36,885 nucleotides of DNA from Phycisphaerales bacterium (lineage in GTDB: Bacteria > Planctomycetota > Phycisphaerae > Sedimentisphaerales > Anaerohalosphaeraceae): contig DSDH01000573.1 of NCBI GenBank assembly GCA_011055475.1, forward strand, positions 1-36,885, read 5' to 3'. The notes under the pieces are model-generated. The model saw nothing but the letters and a program-made list of their open reading frames with translations. It was not told the DNA's origin and searched no databases. The position numbers and the translations under genes are program-made. This document shows, piece after piece, positions 1-9,992 of the stretch (the first letter of the stretch is position 1; every line of letters starts with the position of its first letter).

Positions 1-120
1 CATGCGGACCCCCGCGTCCACGACCTGGGCGATCTCGTCGGCTAACCGGGCGAAATCCGCACTCAGGATCGACGGGGCGATCTCCACCGTACCGGGTTCG
101 GGCAAGCGCATCGGACTCAT
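1..120 (-). CDS. rpe: Ribulose-phosphate 3-epimerase, 5' part (runs off the window start)
   Basis: Manual translation from ATG at 120: MSPMRLPEPGTVEIAPSILSADFARLADEIAQVVDAGVRM. IAPSILSADF is the Rpe N-terminal signature. GAGGT lies upstream. Not in the ORF track. Confidence 0.9.
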   Translation of the reverse strand, partial: MSPMRLPEPGTVEIAPSILSADFARLADEIAQVVDAGVRM

Positions 121-182
121 GGGCACCTCGCTGCGGACCGCTCCGACATGCCGTCGGGCGCGGCGGCCCGCGATGGGCGGGG

Positions 183-1421
<1,239 letters not shown>

Positions 1422-1473
1422 CGCTGTGTCCCCTTTCCAAGCCAACCGCCGTGGCCGCCGCCGGGCGGCGTCC

Positions 1474-1510
1474 ACAAGAAACAGGCCCGCCCGGGATACG
1501 GACGGGCCTG
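1474..1510 (-). terminator. Intrinsic terminator-like hairpin between gap and pgk
   Basis: Minus strand CAGGCCCGTCCG-TATCC-CGGGCGGGCCTG (12-bp stem with one G-U pair) followed by TTTCTTGT. Confidence 0.7.
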
Positions 1511-1528
1511 GTTGTGTGGCCTTCGGTG

Positions 1529-2533
1529 CTAGGCGATCTTCTCCATGATGTCCACGGTACGGCAGGAGTAGCCCCACTCGTTGTCATACCAACTGACGAC
1601 CTTGACGGTGCGGCCCATGGTCATCGTACACAGCGAATCGAAGATGCTTGAATGCGGGTTGCCGATGATGTCGCTGCTGACGATCGGTTCGTCGCAGTAG
1701 GCCAGGATGCCCTTGAGCGGGCCTTCCGCAGCGGTCTTGACGGCGGCGTTGACCTCGTCGGCGGTCACCTCCTTCTTCAGGTCCGCCACCAGGTCCACGC
1801 AACTGCCGTCGATGACGGGCACGCGAAGGGCGTAGCCGTCCAGCTTGCCGCTGAGCTCCGGGATCACCTTGCCGACGGCCTTGGCCGCCCCGGTGGTCGT
1901 CGGGATGATGTTCATCGCCGCCGCGCGGGCGCGACGCAGGTCCTTGTGAATCATGTCCGCGACCCGCTGGTCGTTCGTATACCCGTGCACCGTCACCATC
2001 AGGCCCTTCTCGACGCCGAAAGCGTCATTCAGCGCCTTGGTCAGTGGGGCCAGGCAGTTGGTCGTGCAACTGGCATTGGAGATGCACTGCGTCTGCGGGG
2101 TAATGATGTTGTCGTTGACCCCCAGCACGACGGTCGCTTCGATGGCGTCCTTGGCCGGCACGGTCAGCACGACCTTCTTGGCGCCGGCCTTGAGGTGGTC
2201 GCCGTAGCCGCCCTTGGGCGATTCCTTCTCGCGGAAGATACCCGTCGACTCAACGACGATGGACACGCCCATCTCTTTCCACGGCAGCTCAGCGGGGTTC
2301 TTGACCGCCAGCACCTTGATCGTCTTGCCGTTGATGATCAGATCGTTGCCCTTAACCTCGACCGTGCCCTTCCAGGGCCCCATCACGGTGTCGTACTTGA
2401 ACAGGTGGGCCAAGCTCTTGGCATCGGCCAGGTCGTTGATCGCGACCAGGTCCATCTTGCCCCGCTCGATCAGGATGCGGGCCACCGCCCGCCCGATGCG
2501 TCCAAATCCGTTGATCGCAACCTTCGTTGCCAT
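1529..2533 (-). CDS. gap: Type I glyceraldehyde-3-phosphate dehydrogenase
   Basis: INGFGRIGR, catalytic [25 protein letters not shown] and [18 protein letters not shown]-like sequence upstream. Confidence 0.98.
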   Translation of the reverse strand: MATKVAINGFGRIGRAVARILIERGKMDLVAINDLADAKSLAHLFKYDTVMGPWKGTVEVKGNDLIINGKTIKVLAVKNPAELPWKEMGVSIVVESTGIFREKESPKGGYGDHLKAGAKKVVLTVPAKDAIEATVVLGVNDNIITPQTQCISNASCTTNCLAPLTKALNDAFGVEKGLMVTVHGYTNDQRVADMIHKDLRRARAAAMNIIPTTTGAAKAVGKVIPELSGKLDGYALRVPVIDGSCVDLVADLKKEVTADEVNAAVKTAAEGPLKGILAYCDEPIVSSDIIGNPHSSIFDSLCTMTMGRTVKVVSWYDNEWGYSCRTVDIMEKIA

Positions 2534-2621
2534 ACAAGCTCTCCTTTCTTCCAGCTTTCGTCATTTCTCCCGTAGCCGCCAGGCCGGCCCGCGAGCAACG
2601 CGCAGGGACCCAGCGGCCCAC

Positions 2622-2650
2622 ACTGTAGGAATCAGTCCGGACCCTGTCAA
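2622..2650 (-). promoter_or_regulatory. Sigma70-type promoter for gap-pgk-rpe
   Basis: Minus strand TTGACA-17 nt-TACAGT. Confidence 0.75.
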
Positions 2651-2708
2651 AGCTTTTCTGCCAAAAGGATTGTGAAAAACCGCCTTCGCGGGTTGGCCGG
2701 CCGCGTTT

Positions 2709-2725
2709 TTGTGAAATCCTCACAA
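2709..2725. promoter_or_regulatory. Palindromic operator-like site TTGTGA-N5-TCACAA upstream of the gap promoter
   Basis: Perfect 6-bp inverted repeat in AT-rich intergenic DNA, with a second TTGTGAAA at 2670-2677. Resembles Rex/CRP boxes but the spacer is 1 nt shorter. Confidence 0.4.
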
Positions 2726-2733
2726 GAGGTGCA

Positions 2734-4221
2734 CTACCCGGGGGTGGCTTCGAACCCTGGCCTGGAGAGAGCCGCGGGGTCCTGACGGGTCAGCCGGCTC
2801 AATCCCAATTTCACCACGTGGGTGGTACTCTTCGTGACGCGGCAACGGCGGTCCAGGCGGACCGGGGCGACCCAGATGATGCCTTCCTCATCTTCGATGA
2901 TGCACACCTCTCGCCGCAGAGCGGGCGGTACATCACGGCGGCACAGGAACTTACCCACGCGTTTCTCCCCCGGCATGCCGATCGGCTGAAAGCGGTCGCC
3001 GACCTGCCGGGCACGAATCCGCAACGGTCCCCGCACGCGGGCCGCGTCGATCCACTCCACGAACCGGTCCTTCGTTCGCCGAAACCGCTCAAAGGCGTCA
3101 AGGTCTGCCGTTCGCTCCGTCACCTCGATGTGCCACGGACCGAAATCGGTCGTTCCATTGAGGGTCAACACCGTGGGTCTTGGCGGTACGGGCCCGTGTG
3201 GGGGCTCCGGGATGCGGGTGAAATGCGCTGTGTACTCGCAGCATCGCAGGGCGCCGCCGCCAGGCAGGTCCATCCGCCCTCGGCCTGTTTGGCCGATCAG
3301 TCGCATCAGGGCCTCATAGTGCCGGTTCGTGAGCGCACGCTCGCCGAGGCCCAGATGGACGATCGCCCGGCGGATCAGTTCGACTTGCAGGATCGGTGGG
3401 CACCTCCGCACGAGGTCGCGGCTCAGGTCCACCGCGTGGGGCGGTTCGCCCCGCAGGGCACGCCGCCACGCGGCGTCCGCCCGGTCCTCAACCCGCTCAA
3501 GCAAGTCCCCGGCAACCTGCGAAAGCCGCTCGATCTTGTTGGGCAGGGCCGCCCCGTACAAGCGGGTCAGGTAGGGCAACAGGTCGTGGCGGATACGATT
3601 TCGCGCGAATCGACGCTGCCGGTTGCTGGGGTCCTCGCACCATCGCAGCCCGTGTTCGCGGGCATAGGATTCGATGTCCTCGCGATGCGCGCACAGCAGC
3701 GGGCGGACCACAGTGAATGCTTCCGCGCCTGCCCGCCGGACCGTCTGGGGTCGAATGCCCGCCAGGCCGCGATACCCCGTGCCCCGTCGCAGCCGAAACA
3801 GGACCGTCTCGATATTGTCGTCCGCGTGGTGGGCCGTCGCGATCACCGCGCACCCGGCCTGTTGGGCCATCTGCAGCAGTGCATCGCCTCGCAATTGCCG
3901 CGCCGCCGTCTCGACCGAAAGTCCCGTTTCGGCAACGTGGGCACCCACGTCCACGCCTCGACAAAGGGTCTCCACGGCGTACGCCCCTGCCGTGTCTCGC
4001 ACGAAGGCCTCTTCCGCGTCGGCTTCGGGGCGCAGGTGGTGGTTGACGTGTCCCACGACCGGCTCGATCGGCAACCGGCCGGCCCGCACGAGCCGGACCA
4101 GCACGTGCAGCATCACCATCGAGTCGACGCCGCCGGAGACGGCCAGAAGGACCCGGCCGTGCAGGGTCGCCAGCCGGTCCCGGATGAATCGTTCAACGCG
4201 ATGTTCGAACGAGCAGGACAT
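2734..4221 (-). CDS. tilS: tRNA(Ile)-lysidine synthetase
   Basis: PP-loop AVSGGVDS, plus ETAARQLR, ATAHHADD.IET, VRPLL, EDPSN and RNRIRH. C-terminal TilS_C-like GDRFQP. Confidence 0.95.
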   Translation of the reverse strand: MSCSFEHRVERFIRDRLATLHGRVLLAVSGGVDSMVMLHVLVRLVRAGRLPIEPVVGHVNHHLRPEADAEEAFVRDTAGAYAVETLCRGVDVGAHVAETGLSVETAARQLRGDALLQMAQQAGCAVIATAHHADDNIETVLFRLRRGTGYRGLAGIRPQTVRRAGAEAFTVVRPLLCAHREDIESYAREHGLRWCEDPSNRQRRFARNRIRHDLLPYLTRLYGAALPNKIERLSQVAGDLLERVEDRADAAWRRALRGEPPHAVDLSRDLVRRCPPILQVELIRRAIVHLGLGERALTNRHYEALMRLIGQTGRGRMDLPGGGALRCCEYTAHFTRIPEPPHGPVPPRPTVLTLNGTTDFGPWHIEVTERTADLDAFERFRRTKDRFVEWIDAARVRGPLRIRARQVGDRFQPIGMPGEKRVGKFLCRRDVPPALRREVCIIEDEEGIIWVAPVRLDRRCRVTKSTTHVVKLGLSRLTRQDPAALSRPGFEATPG

Positions 4222-4229
4222 GGCACCAT

Positions 4230-4258
4230 AAAAAAGGCCTGCTTGATGGGCAGGCCTT
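4230..4258 (-). terminator. Intrinsic terminator after the TPR lipoprotein gene, immediately upstream of tilS
   Basis: Minus strand AAGGCCTGC-CCATCAA-GCAGGCC then TTTTTT. Confidence 0.75.
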
Positions 4259-4285
4259 CGTGGTATCGGTTCTCTATCGGGGCAT

Positions 4286-5068
4286 CTAGCCGCCCTGGCC
4301 CCGTGTCAGGGCCAGTATCCGTTCCTGGGCGTACTCGACGTTGTCTTCGTAGCGGCTTTCCACCTGCACGGCCAGCCGGTACAGGGCCAGTGCCGCGGTG
4401 CGGTCGTGCAGTTTCTGATCCATCAGGTACGCCGCGCGGAAGCGGGCCGGATAGGGCGTCACTTCGTTCCACTGAAAGGCCCGCTGGTAGTAGACCACGG
4501 CGATCTCGTAGTCCCCGAAGTACTCGTAGATCCGACCCGCATAGTAGGCCGCGTCGTCGATCTTGTCGCTGCTTTGATACGTCGCGATGAGCTCGTTGAA
4601 CTTGTTCAACGCCATGCGAAGCTTCTGCTCGTCGGTAAAGATCACCAGCGCCTTGGCCCCGCGATAGAGATCCATCGCCTCATTATACAGGATATCGGCC
4701 TCCTGAATGCTGTCGGTGGCGCGACGGTCGGCCTGAGCGCTCTCGGCGGGCATGAGATACTGGTACTGGGGAATCTGCCCGAACGAGGCCAATTCCTTCT
4801 CCACCCAGGACTTCTTGATCGCCGCTCCCCGGGCCGAGTAGTAGCGGTGCAGGGCCTGGAGATTCGCATAGTATTGACCGCGACTGGCCGCCAGCGTCTC
4901 GACCAGGTCGGCCTCGCTGGCATCCGGCACGCCGAACCCTTCCTGGCGGGCCTGGGCCAGCTCGGCCGGATTCACCCGAAAACGCGGATCGTCCTTGGCG
5001 ACCTCTTCACAGCCGAGCATCGGGAAAAGCAAGACCACCGCGACGCAACAGAGACCTGTCCGTGTCAT
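4286..5068 (-). CDS. Tetratricopeptide-repeat lipoprotein (BamD/CpoB-like)
   Basis: Signal peptide with lipobox MLGC. TPR-like helices (SSDKIDDAAYYAGRIYEYFGDYEIAVVYYQRA). RBS AAGGAG. Confidence 0.75.
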   Translation of the reverse strand: MTRTGLCCVAVVLLFPMLGCEEVAKDDPRFRVNPAELAQARQEGFGVPDASEADLVETLAASRGQYYANLQALHRYYSARGAAIKKSWVEKELASFGQIPQYQYLMPAESAQADRRATDSIQEADILYNEAMDLYRGAKALVIFTDEQKLRMALNKFNELIATYQSSDKIDDAAYYAGRIYEYFGDYEIAVVYYQRAFQWNEVTPYPARFRAAYLMDQKLHDRTAALALYRLAVQVESRYEDNVEYAQERILALTRGQGG

Positions 5069-5114
5069 CGTTCACTCCTTTCCATAGCATGCCGCATTGG
5101 CTCCTTCGCGCGAC

Positions 5115-5143
5115 ACCTTAGCCCCCCTGGCGCCGGCTGTCAA
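5115..5143 (-). promoter_or_regulatory. Sigma70-type promoter for the TPR lipoprotein gene
   Basis: Minus strand TTGACA-17 nt-TAAGGT. Confidence 0.65.
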
Positions 5144-5202
5144 GGGGCCGAGTCCAACAAACTCCCGGCCCCATTTTCGGGGGCCCCACCCAGGGCGGCG
5201 GG

Positions 5203-5940
5203 CTACCACTGGGCCTCGATGTACGGGCCGATGGGCCCCTCGGGCTTGGGCCTGGGGCGCGAGCGGATGATGGCCTCGGCAATCGGCACATCCTGTTTGC
5301 GCGTGATCTTGAGGTTCGACGCATCGGTGGGCACGACCGCCACCGGCCGGCCCATCGCCTCCACGAGGATCGCGTCGTCCGTGATGCCCGCCCCGGCGAG
5401 CTGGTCGCGACGGGCATAGGCCTCTTTCAAGAGCCCCGCGTCAAACACCTGCGGCGTCTGGGCCTCGTAGAGCTCGCGGCGGTCCACGGTCTCCACGATG
5501 CGATCCTCTCGGACGCGCTTGAGCGTGCCGACCACGGGGCAGGCCAGAATCGCTGCACCGGTCTCGGCGGCCTTGTGGATGACCGCGTCGATCCACTCGG
5601 TCTTCAGGCAGCATCGCACCGCATCGTGAACGGCGATGAGCTCGACGTCGTCCCGCACCTGCTCCAGGGCCTTGGCAACGCTTTCGAATCGCTCGCCCCC
5701 GCCGTGACAGAGCCGCACGTTGTTGAACGCCAGGTTGGCCCCCCACTTGACCTTGACCAGTTCCTCATCCTCCGGGGCGATCGTCATGAGGATCTGCTTG
5801 ACGTCGTCACGATCGACGAAGAACTCGATGCTGCGGATAAACGCGGCGCGGCCATCCACCTCGACGAAGGGTTTCTTGCGGTCCCCGCCGAAACGGGCGC
5901 TGGCCCCGGCGGCACAGATAATCACGGCAACGTTCTTCAT
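5203..5940 (-). CDS. ispD: 2-C-methyl-D-erythritol 4-phosphate cytidylyltransferase
   Basis: AAGASARFG..KKPF, GGGERFESV, VHDAVR, AQTPQVF, TDDA and NLKIT. Confidence 0.93.
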   Translation of the reverse strand: MKNVAVIICAAGASARFGGDRKKPFVEVDGRAAFIRSIEFFVDRDDVKQILMTIAPEDEELVKVKWGANLAFNNVRLCHGGGERFESVAKALEQVRDDVELIAVHDAVRCCLKTEWIDAVIHKAAETGAAILACPVVGTLKRVREDRIVETVDRRELYEAQTPQVFDAGLLKEAYARRDQLAGAGITDDAILVEAMGRPVAVVPTDASNLKITRKQDVPIAEAIIRSRPRPKPEGPIGPYIEAQW

Positions 5941-5961
5941 AGACTCCGCGTGCCCTTTGGG

Positions 5962-6759
5962 TTATCGAACCGGGGCGGTCCCAGACCCATCGGGGGACCC
6001 CTGCGGGCTCTCGTCGACGGTCCACCTCAACCGGTACAGTTGTTGGGCCCGCACGAACTCCACGTGCCCGTCCACAAACGCGATATTACAGCCCTCTCCT
6101 TGGTGATACGCGGTCGTCAGGTCGTCGGGCCCTCCGACCGTGTTCCATCCGGGGGCTGCCTCGAACAGCAGGACCAAGTCAGGCGGAAGCGCTGTCCGGC
6201 TCCCGACCGCGTTCACGTTCAAGGCATAGTGGCACCGTGCGGGGGGGCCGCCGGAACATTGGAAGGACGTAGGACCGACATCCGCGTGCTGGATAAGAAG
6301 ATCACACCACATCTGCGGGGTGGGCAGGGCGTCATAGTCCATTTGATAGACCATCATGGCCGTGCCGAGGCCCTTGAGGTTCGTGCCGCAAACCACGCGT
6401 TGGGCGATGTCCCTTGTTCTGGAGAACGCCGGCAGCAGGATCGCCAGAAGCATCATCACAAGAGACAACAAAGCGACCGGAATCACGATGCCCGCGACGG
6501 CCAGGCCGGTCCCTTTGACGCGCCCTTTGCCCCGCCCGACCTGGACCAGGCCGACGATGCCACAGATGATGGCCGGGATGGCCGTCAGGAGGCACGTGAA
6601 CACGGAGAGAACACCGAGAATGAGCGAAGCAATGGCCGCTTTGCTGGTTCGAGTCGTTCCCGCCGGGGCCCCTTCCGTCGGTCCTGCCAGCGCCGTGCCG
6701 CAGGACACGCACACCGCGGCGTCGTCTGGATTGACCGCTCCGCATCTTGGACAATACAT
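5962..6759 (-). CDS. Zinc-ribbon + DUF4190-like membrane region + prepilin-associated H-X9-DG domain protein
   Basis: N-terminal CPRC..CVSC. TM segment SKAAIASLILG...GLAVAGI. LLAILLPAFSRTR..CGTNLKGLG. C-terminal HQGEGCNIAFVDGH. RBS AAGGAGG. Confidence 0.8.
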   Translation of the reverse strand: MYCPRCGAVNPDDAAVCVSCGTALAGPTEGAPAGTTRTSKAAIASLILGVLSVFTCLLTAIPAIICGIVGLVQVGRGKGRVKGTGLAVAGIVIPVALLSLVMMLLAILLPAFSRTRDIAQRVVCGTNLKGLGTAMMVYQMDYDALPTPQMWCDLLIQHADVGPTSFQCSGGPPARCHYALNVNAVGSRTALPPDLVLLFEAAPGWNTVGGPDDLTTAYHQGEGCNIAFVDGHVEFVRAQQLYRLRWTVDESPQGSPDGSGTAPVR

Positions 6760-6885
6760 GTCTTTCCTCCTTGGTTATAGGTCACGGTTTTATGCAGGCA
6801 GTTTAACCGAGCCTCTTGTTCATGACCACCTCAAATCGCCGATTTCGTGGCCCAAGGGCCGCCATGGGCGGACGGGCAAATCCCC

Positions 6886-7512
6886 TCAGGCGCGGCCGGC
6901 CTGTCGCAAGCGGGGCAGGGCCGACGCGGGCAGCGGGGCCGGGGCATCCGAAAGCAGCAGGATTTGGCAGGCCAGCTCGAAGAACACCGCCCGCTGGATC
7001 GCCTCGTCGAAGTCTCGGCCCGCCGTGACAAGCCCGTGATTTTGCAGAATGACCGTATTGTGCTCGACCATCGCCTCGCCGACGGCGTCGGCCAGCTCGG
7101 ATGAGCCGGGCGGCAGGTAGGGCACGATCGCGGGCGTGCCGATATAGACGGGCACCTCGATGATCACGTTGAAATCCCAATTCGTCCGCTCGGCGCAGGC
7201 GATCGCCGTGGCCCACGGGCTCTGATAGTGCAGCACGACGCTCCAGTCGCTTCGCCGCCGCAGCACGCCCAAGTGCAGGTTCACCTCGCAGGTCGGCGGC
7301 ACGGTGTTGAGGATGCGTCCGTCTTCCAGCGAACAGACGCTGACCTCCGCGGACGTGAGCCGTTCGAGCCACGACCGGCTCGCCGACAACAGCACCTGCT
7401 CTTCGTCGAGCCGCCAGGACAGGTTGCCGCTGCTGCATTGCACCAGGCCGCGTCGAGCCACCTCACGGGCCGCGTGGGTGAACACGTCGATTTGAACATC
7501 GGTGACGCGCAT
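6886..7512 (-). CDS. Class II aldolase/adducin family protein
   Basis: SSGNLS, PTCEVNLHLG, YLPPGS.ELA and LQNHGLV. Start taken at MRVTD after GGAG. Confidence 0.88.
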   Translation of the reverse strand: MRVTDVQIDVFTHAAREVARRGLVQCSSGNLSWRLDEEQVLLSASRSWLERLTSAEVSVCSLEDGRILNTVPPTCEVNLHLGVLRRRSDWSVVLHYQSPWATAIACAERTNWDFNVIIEVPVYIGTPAIVPYLPPGSSELADAVGEAMVEHNTVILQNHGLVTAGRDFDEAIQRAVFFELACQILLLSDAPAPLPASALPRLRQAGRA

Positions 7513-7540
7513 GGATCCGAGTCTCCACAAAGCCGCGCTG

Positions 7541-7569
7541 ACTGTACCACAGGGCGGGGTCTACCGCAA
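7541..7569 (-). promoter_or_regulatory. Possible extended -10 promoter for the aldolase gene
   Basis: Minus strand TTGCGG-17 nt-TACAGT with TG one base upstream of the -10. Confidence 0.4.
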
Positions 7570-8805
7570 CAGCATCGACGCGGCCGCGGCCGCCAGCACG
7601 ATACCCACCACCGGGCCGATCAGGTATCGGATGATCCGTCCGAACGACGCGTCGAAATACTCACAGGATAACGCCAGGCAAAGGTGCACCGGCGTCAACA
7701 GCAGACCGCAGAGGACCCCGGCGAAGGCCAGCACCTCCAGGCCGATGTCCGCCTCGGCGCCCGTGCCGATGTACGCCCGCAGGAACGGAAACGTGATCGC
7801 CACGGTCGCCGTCGTCACGCCCGTCAGAAACGCGACGAGAAACGGCAAAAAGAACACGATCACACCGCCCGGCAAGGGCGTGGCGCCCAGGAAGTCCACC
7901 ACCTGCGGCACGGCGCCGGCGGATTCGAGAACGGCCTTGAACAACAGGGCCCCCAGCACGAGGAGCACCAGTTCGAGTTCAAATCCCGCGGCGAACAGTG
8001 CCCGCCAGCGACGCAGCGGCACGCGATACATCGGCAGCAGGATCAGGATCGCCGCCCCGATCCCCACCGCCGGCGGCACCCCCCATCCGGCATACAACCC
8101 GATGGTCAGCGCGATCGGCCACAGCGCCGCGGTCAGATCGCGTGCGGCCCGGGCGGGTGCGGCTCGCGGATGCTGGTTCTCCGACCGTGGGGGAATGCCT
8201 CGCAGCAGGAGCATGAACACGCCCAACACGATTCCGCACAGCGGGATGATCAGGTTGTGCCTGAGCATCGTCCCCGCCGGCAGGTCCAGAATCTTCTGCA
8301 CCAGCGGCACCGCGGGAAACAGCGGCCACACCGGCTCCCACTGGTGCCGAAAGAAGAAATTGATGGCCGCCTGTCGTCCCCGGTCCACGCCGATGCGGTC
8401 GCCCAGCTCCCGCACGACCGGCGCCGAAAGCATGATCCCCCCGGGCGTGGGCAGCATGCCCATGATGAGTGGAATACCCGCCAGGGCGGCACGGCGGCTT
8501 CGCAACAGCCCCAATACCCCCGGCACCAGCCGAGCGGAGATGCCGGTCTCCTGCAGGATGCCGCCAAAGACGTTCACCAGCGTCAACAGGGCGCTGAGCG
8601 AGATGAACAGGTAACCCGTCTGTTGGGTGAGAGGTCGCTGCTGCCATTCCACGGCCAGACTGTGCCCAAACTGCCACGGCCCGACGCCCAGGAGCAGGGC
8701 CAAGGCTCCCGTCGCGGCCAGCATCGCCCGACCGATCCGCACCCGGACACGCAACAGCCCCACCAGCAGGGCCAGTGACATCCCCATCGCCACGAGTGCG
8801 TACAT
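7561..8805 (-). CDS. DUF401-family multi-pass membrane protein (probable ion-transporter superfamily)
   Basis: About 10-12 hydrophobic segments. GMLPTPGGIMLSAP, NFFFRHQWE and TPVHLCL match DUF401-type motifs as recalled. Start taken at MYALV. Confidence 0.75.
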   Translation of the reverse strand: MYALVAMGMSLALLVGLLRVRVRIGRAMLAATGALALLLGVGPWQFGHSLAVEWQQRPLTQQTGYLFISLSALLTLVNVFGGILQETGISARLVPGVLGLLRSRRAALAGIPLIMGMLPTPGGIMLSAPVVRELGDRIGVDRGRQAAINFFFRHQWEPVWPLFPAVPLVQKILDLPAGTMLRHNLIIPLCGIVLGVFMLLLRGIPPRSENQHPRAAPARAARDLTAALWPIALTIGLYAGWGVPPAVGIGAAILILLPMYRVPLRRWRALFAAGFELELVLLVLGALLFKAVLESAGAVPQVVDFLGATPLPGGVIVFFLPFLVAFLTGVTTATVAITFPFLRAYIGTGAEADIGLEVLAFAGVLCGLLLTPVHLCLALSCEYFDASFGRIIRYLIGPVVGIVLAAAAASMLLR

Positions 8806-8884
8806 TCGGCCGCTTCCGGTTGAGGGCCTGCCCATCGGCGCCACATGCCGACCCGTCGCCCTACCCGATCCATTTCTGTGGGGG

Positions 8885-9823
8885 TCAAGCCTCCTGGGCG
8901 ACGGCGGCCGCAGCACGAGGCGTCTGTGCCACCCGCTTGGCGAAGTCGTCGACCTCTTCGGGTTTCTCGAAGCCCACGTTCAGCACGTCCACCGTGCCAA
9001 GCCCCAGCACGTAGCCGACGGAGCGGCTCTTCTTTTCGTCATCGTGACGGAACTCGCCCTCGCCGATCAGCTTCATGCCGACGACGCCCTTGCCGGCCTT
9101 GTGAATCTGCTCCACGACCGGAGCCACCTCTTCGGGCTTGCCGTCCATCTTCGTGCCGTAGGCGTTGATTCGCACGTGCACCGAATCCACCCACGGCTCG
9201 GCGGCGGCGGTCTTGAGGGCGTCGAGCGAGTGGCACGAGACCCCGTGGGCCCGGATGACGCCCTTCTGCTTGAGCTTGTCCAGGGCGGTCATGTACTCGG
9301 CCAGCTCCTCGTTCCACTTGCCGCGGGTCACGCAGTGCAGCAGCAGCAGATCGATGTAGTCCGTCTTGAGTTCCTTGAGAAAGCGTTCGACGACCACCTC
9401 CGCCCCGGGCCGCTCGGTGATATCGCCCAGCCCGCCCGGCCGGAACCAGATCTTGCTGATGACCGTGAAATTCTTGCGCGGAATCTGCCGCAGCGCGGGC
9501 ATGACATACGGGTGCGTGCCGTACAGGTCCGCCAGGTCAAATACCCGGACGCCGTGTTCGTATGAATAGCGGATCAGGGCCTGGAACTTCTCCGCGCCCA
9601 TCCGCGTGTGGTTCGATTGCCGGCCGCCGCCCCGCATGCCCGTGCCCAGGCACAGCCGTGAGAGCTTCAGGCCCGTCTTGCCCAGCGGGATGGCCTGTTC
9701 GTAAGGGTCAAAGTACCGCGGCGTCGCAGGGGTTTCGGCCCCCCACGCCCACCGGCTGCCCAGCGCCACCGCCCCCACTCCGGCGATCGACCGGCTCAAA
9801 AACTCGCGTCGTCTCATGGCCAT
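8885..9823 (-). CDS. Aldo/keto reductase with twin-arginine signal peptide
   Basis: MRRREFL Tat motif with hydrophobic region and AWG. AKR residues DLADLYG, SK, DYIDLLLLH and GVSCH. RBS AGGAG before ATG 9823. Confidence 0.88.
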   Translation of the reverse strand: MAMRRREFLSRSIAGVGAVALGSRWAWGAETPATPRYFDPYEQAIPLGKTGLKLSRLCLGTGMRGGGRQSNHTRMGAEKFQALIRYSYEHGVRVFDLADLYGTHPYVMPALRQIPRKNFTVISKIWFRPGGLGDITERPGAEVVVERFLKELKTDYIDLLLLHCVTRGKWNEELAEYMTALDKLKQKGVIRAHGVSCHSLDALKTAAAEPWVDSVHVRINAYGTKMDGKPEEVAPVVEQIHKAGKGVVGMKLIGEGEFRHDDEKKSRSVGYVLGLGTVDVLNVGFEKPEEVDDFAKRVAQTPRAAAAVAQEA

Positions 9824-9992
9824 ACCCCGTCTCCTACACGTGTGTCCGCTCAATTCGTTATCTGATCCGGCGTCCATGGTACCCTGTCGTCCCACCAAAC
9901 ACAAGATTACGTCCGGTCTGGACGGTCCTACGTGAACCAGGGTCGGAGGTTTCGCGGAAACCCGTGATTTACACCCGGCGGTTTCATGCCCC

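Noticed and set aside
4286..5068. Naming the TPR lipoprotein bamD or cpoB
   Set aside because: Only generic TPR and lipobox features are visible, and the context gives no support.
9900..9992. Small hairpins between the dipeptidase and AKR genes (CGTCC-N5-GGACG, GGTTTC-GCG-GAAACC, GTG-TAAAT-CAC) as a possible riboswitch
   Set aside because: The stems are short and expected by chance at this GC content, with no complete FMN or cobalamin consensus.
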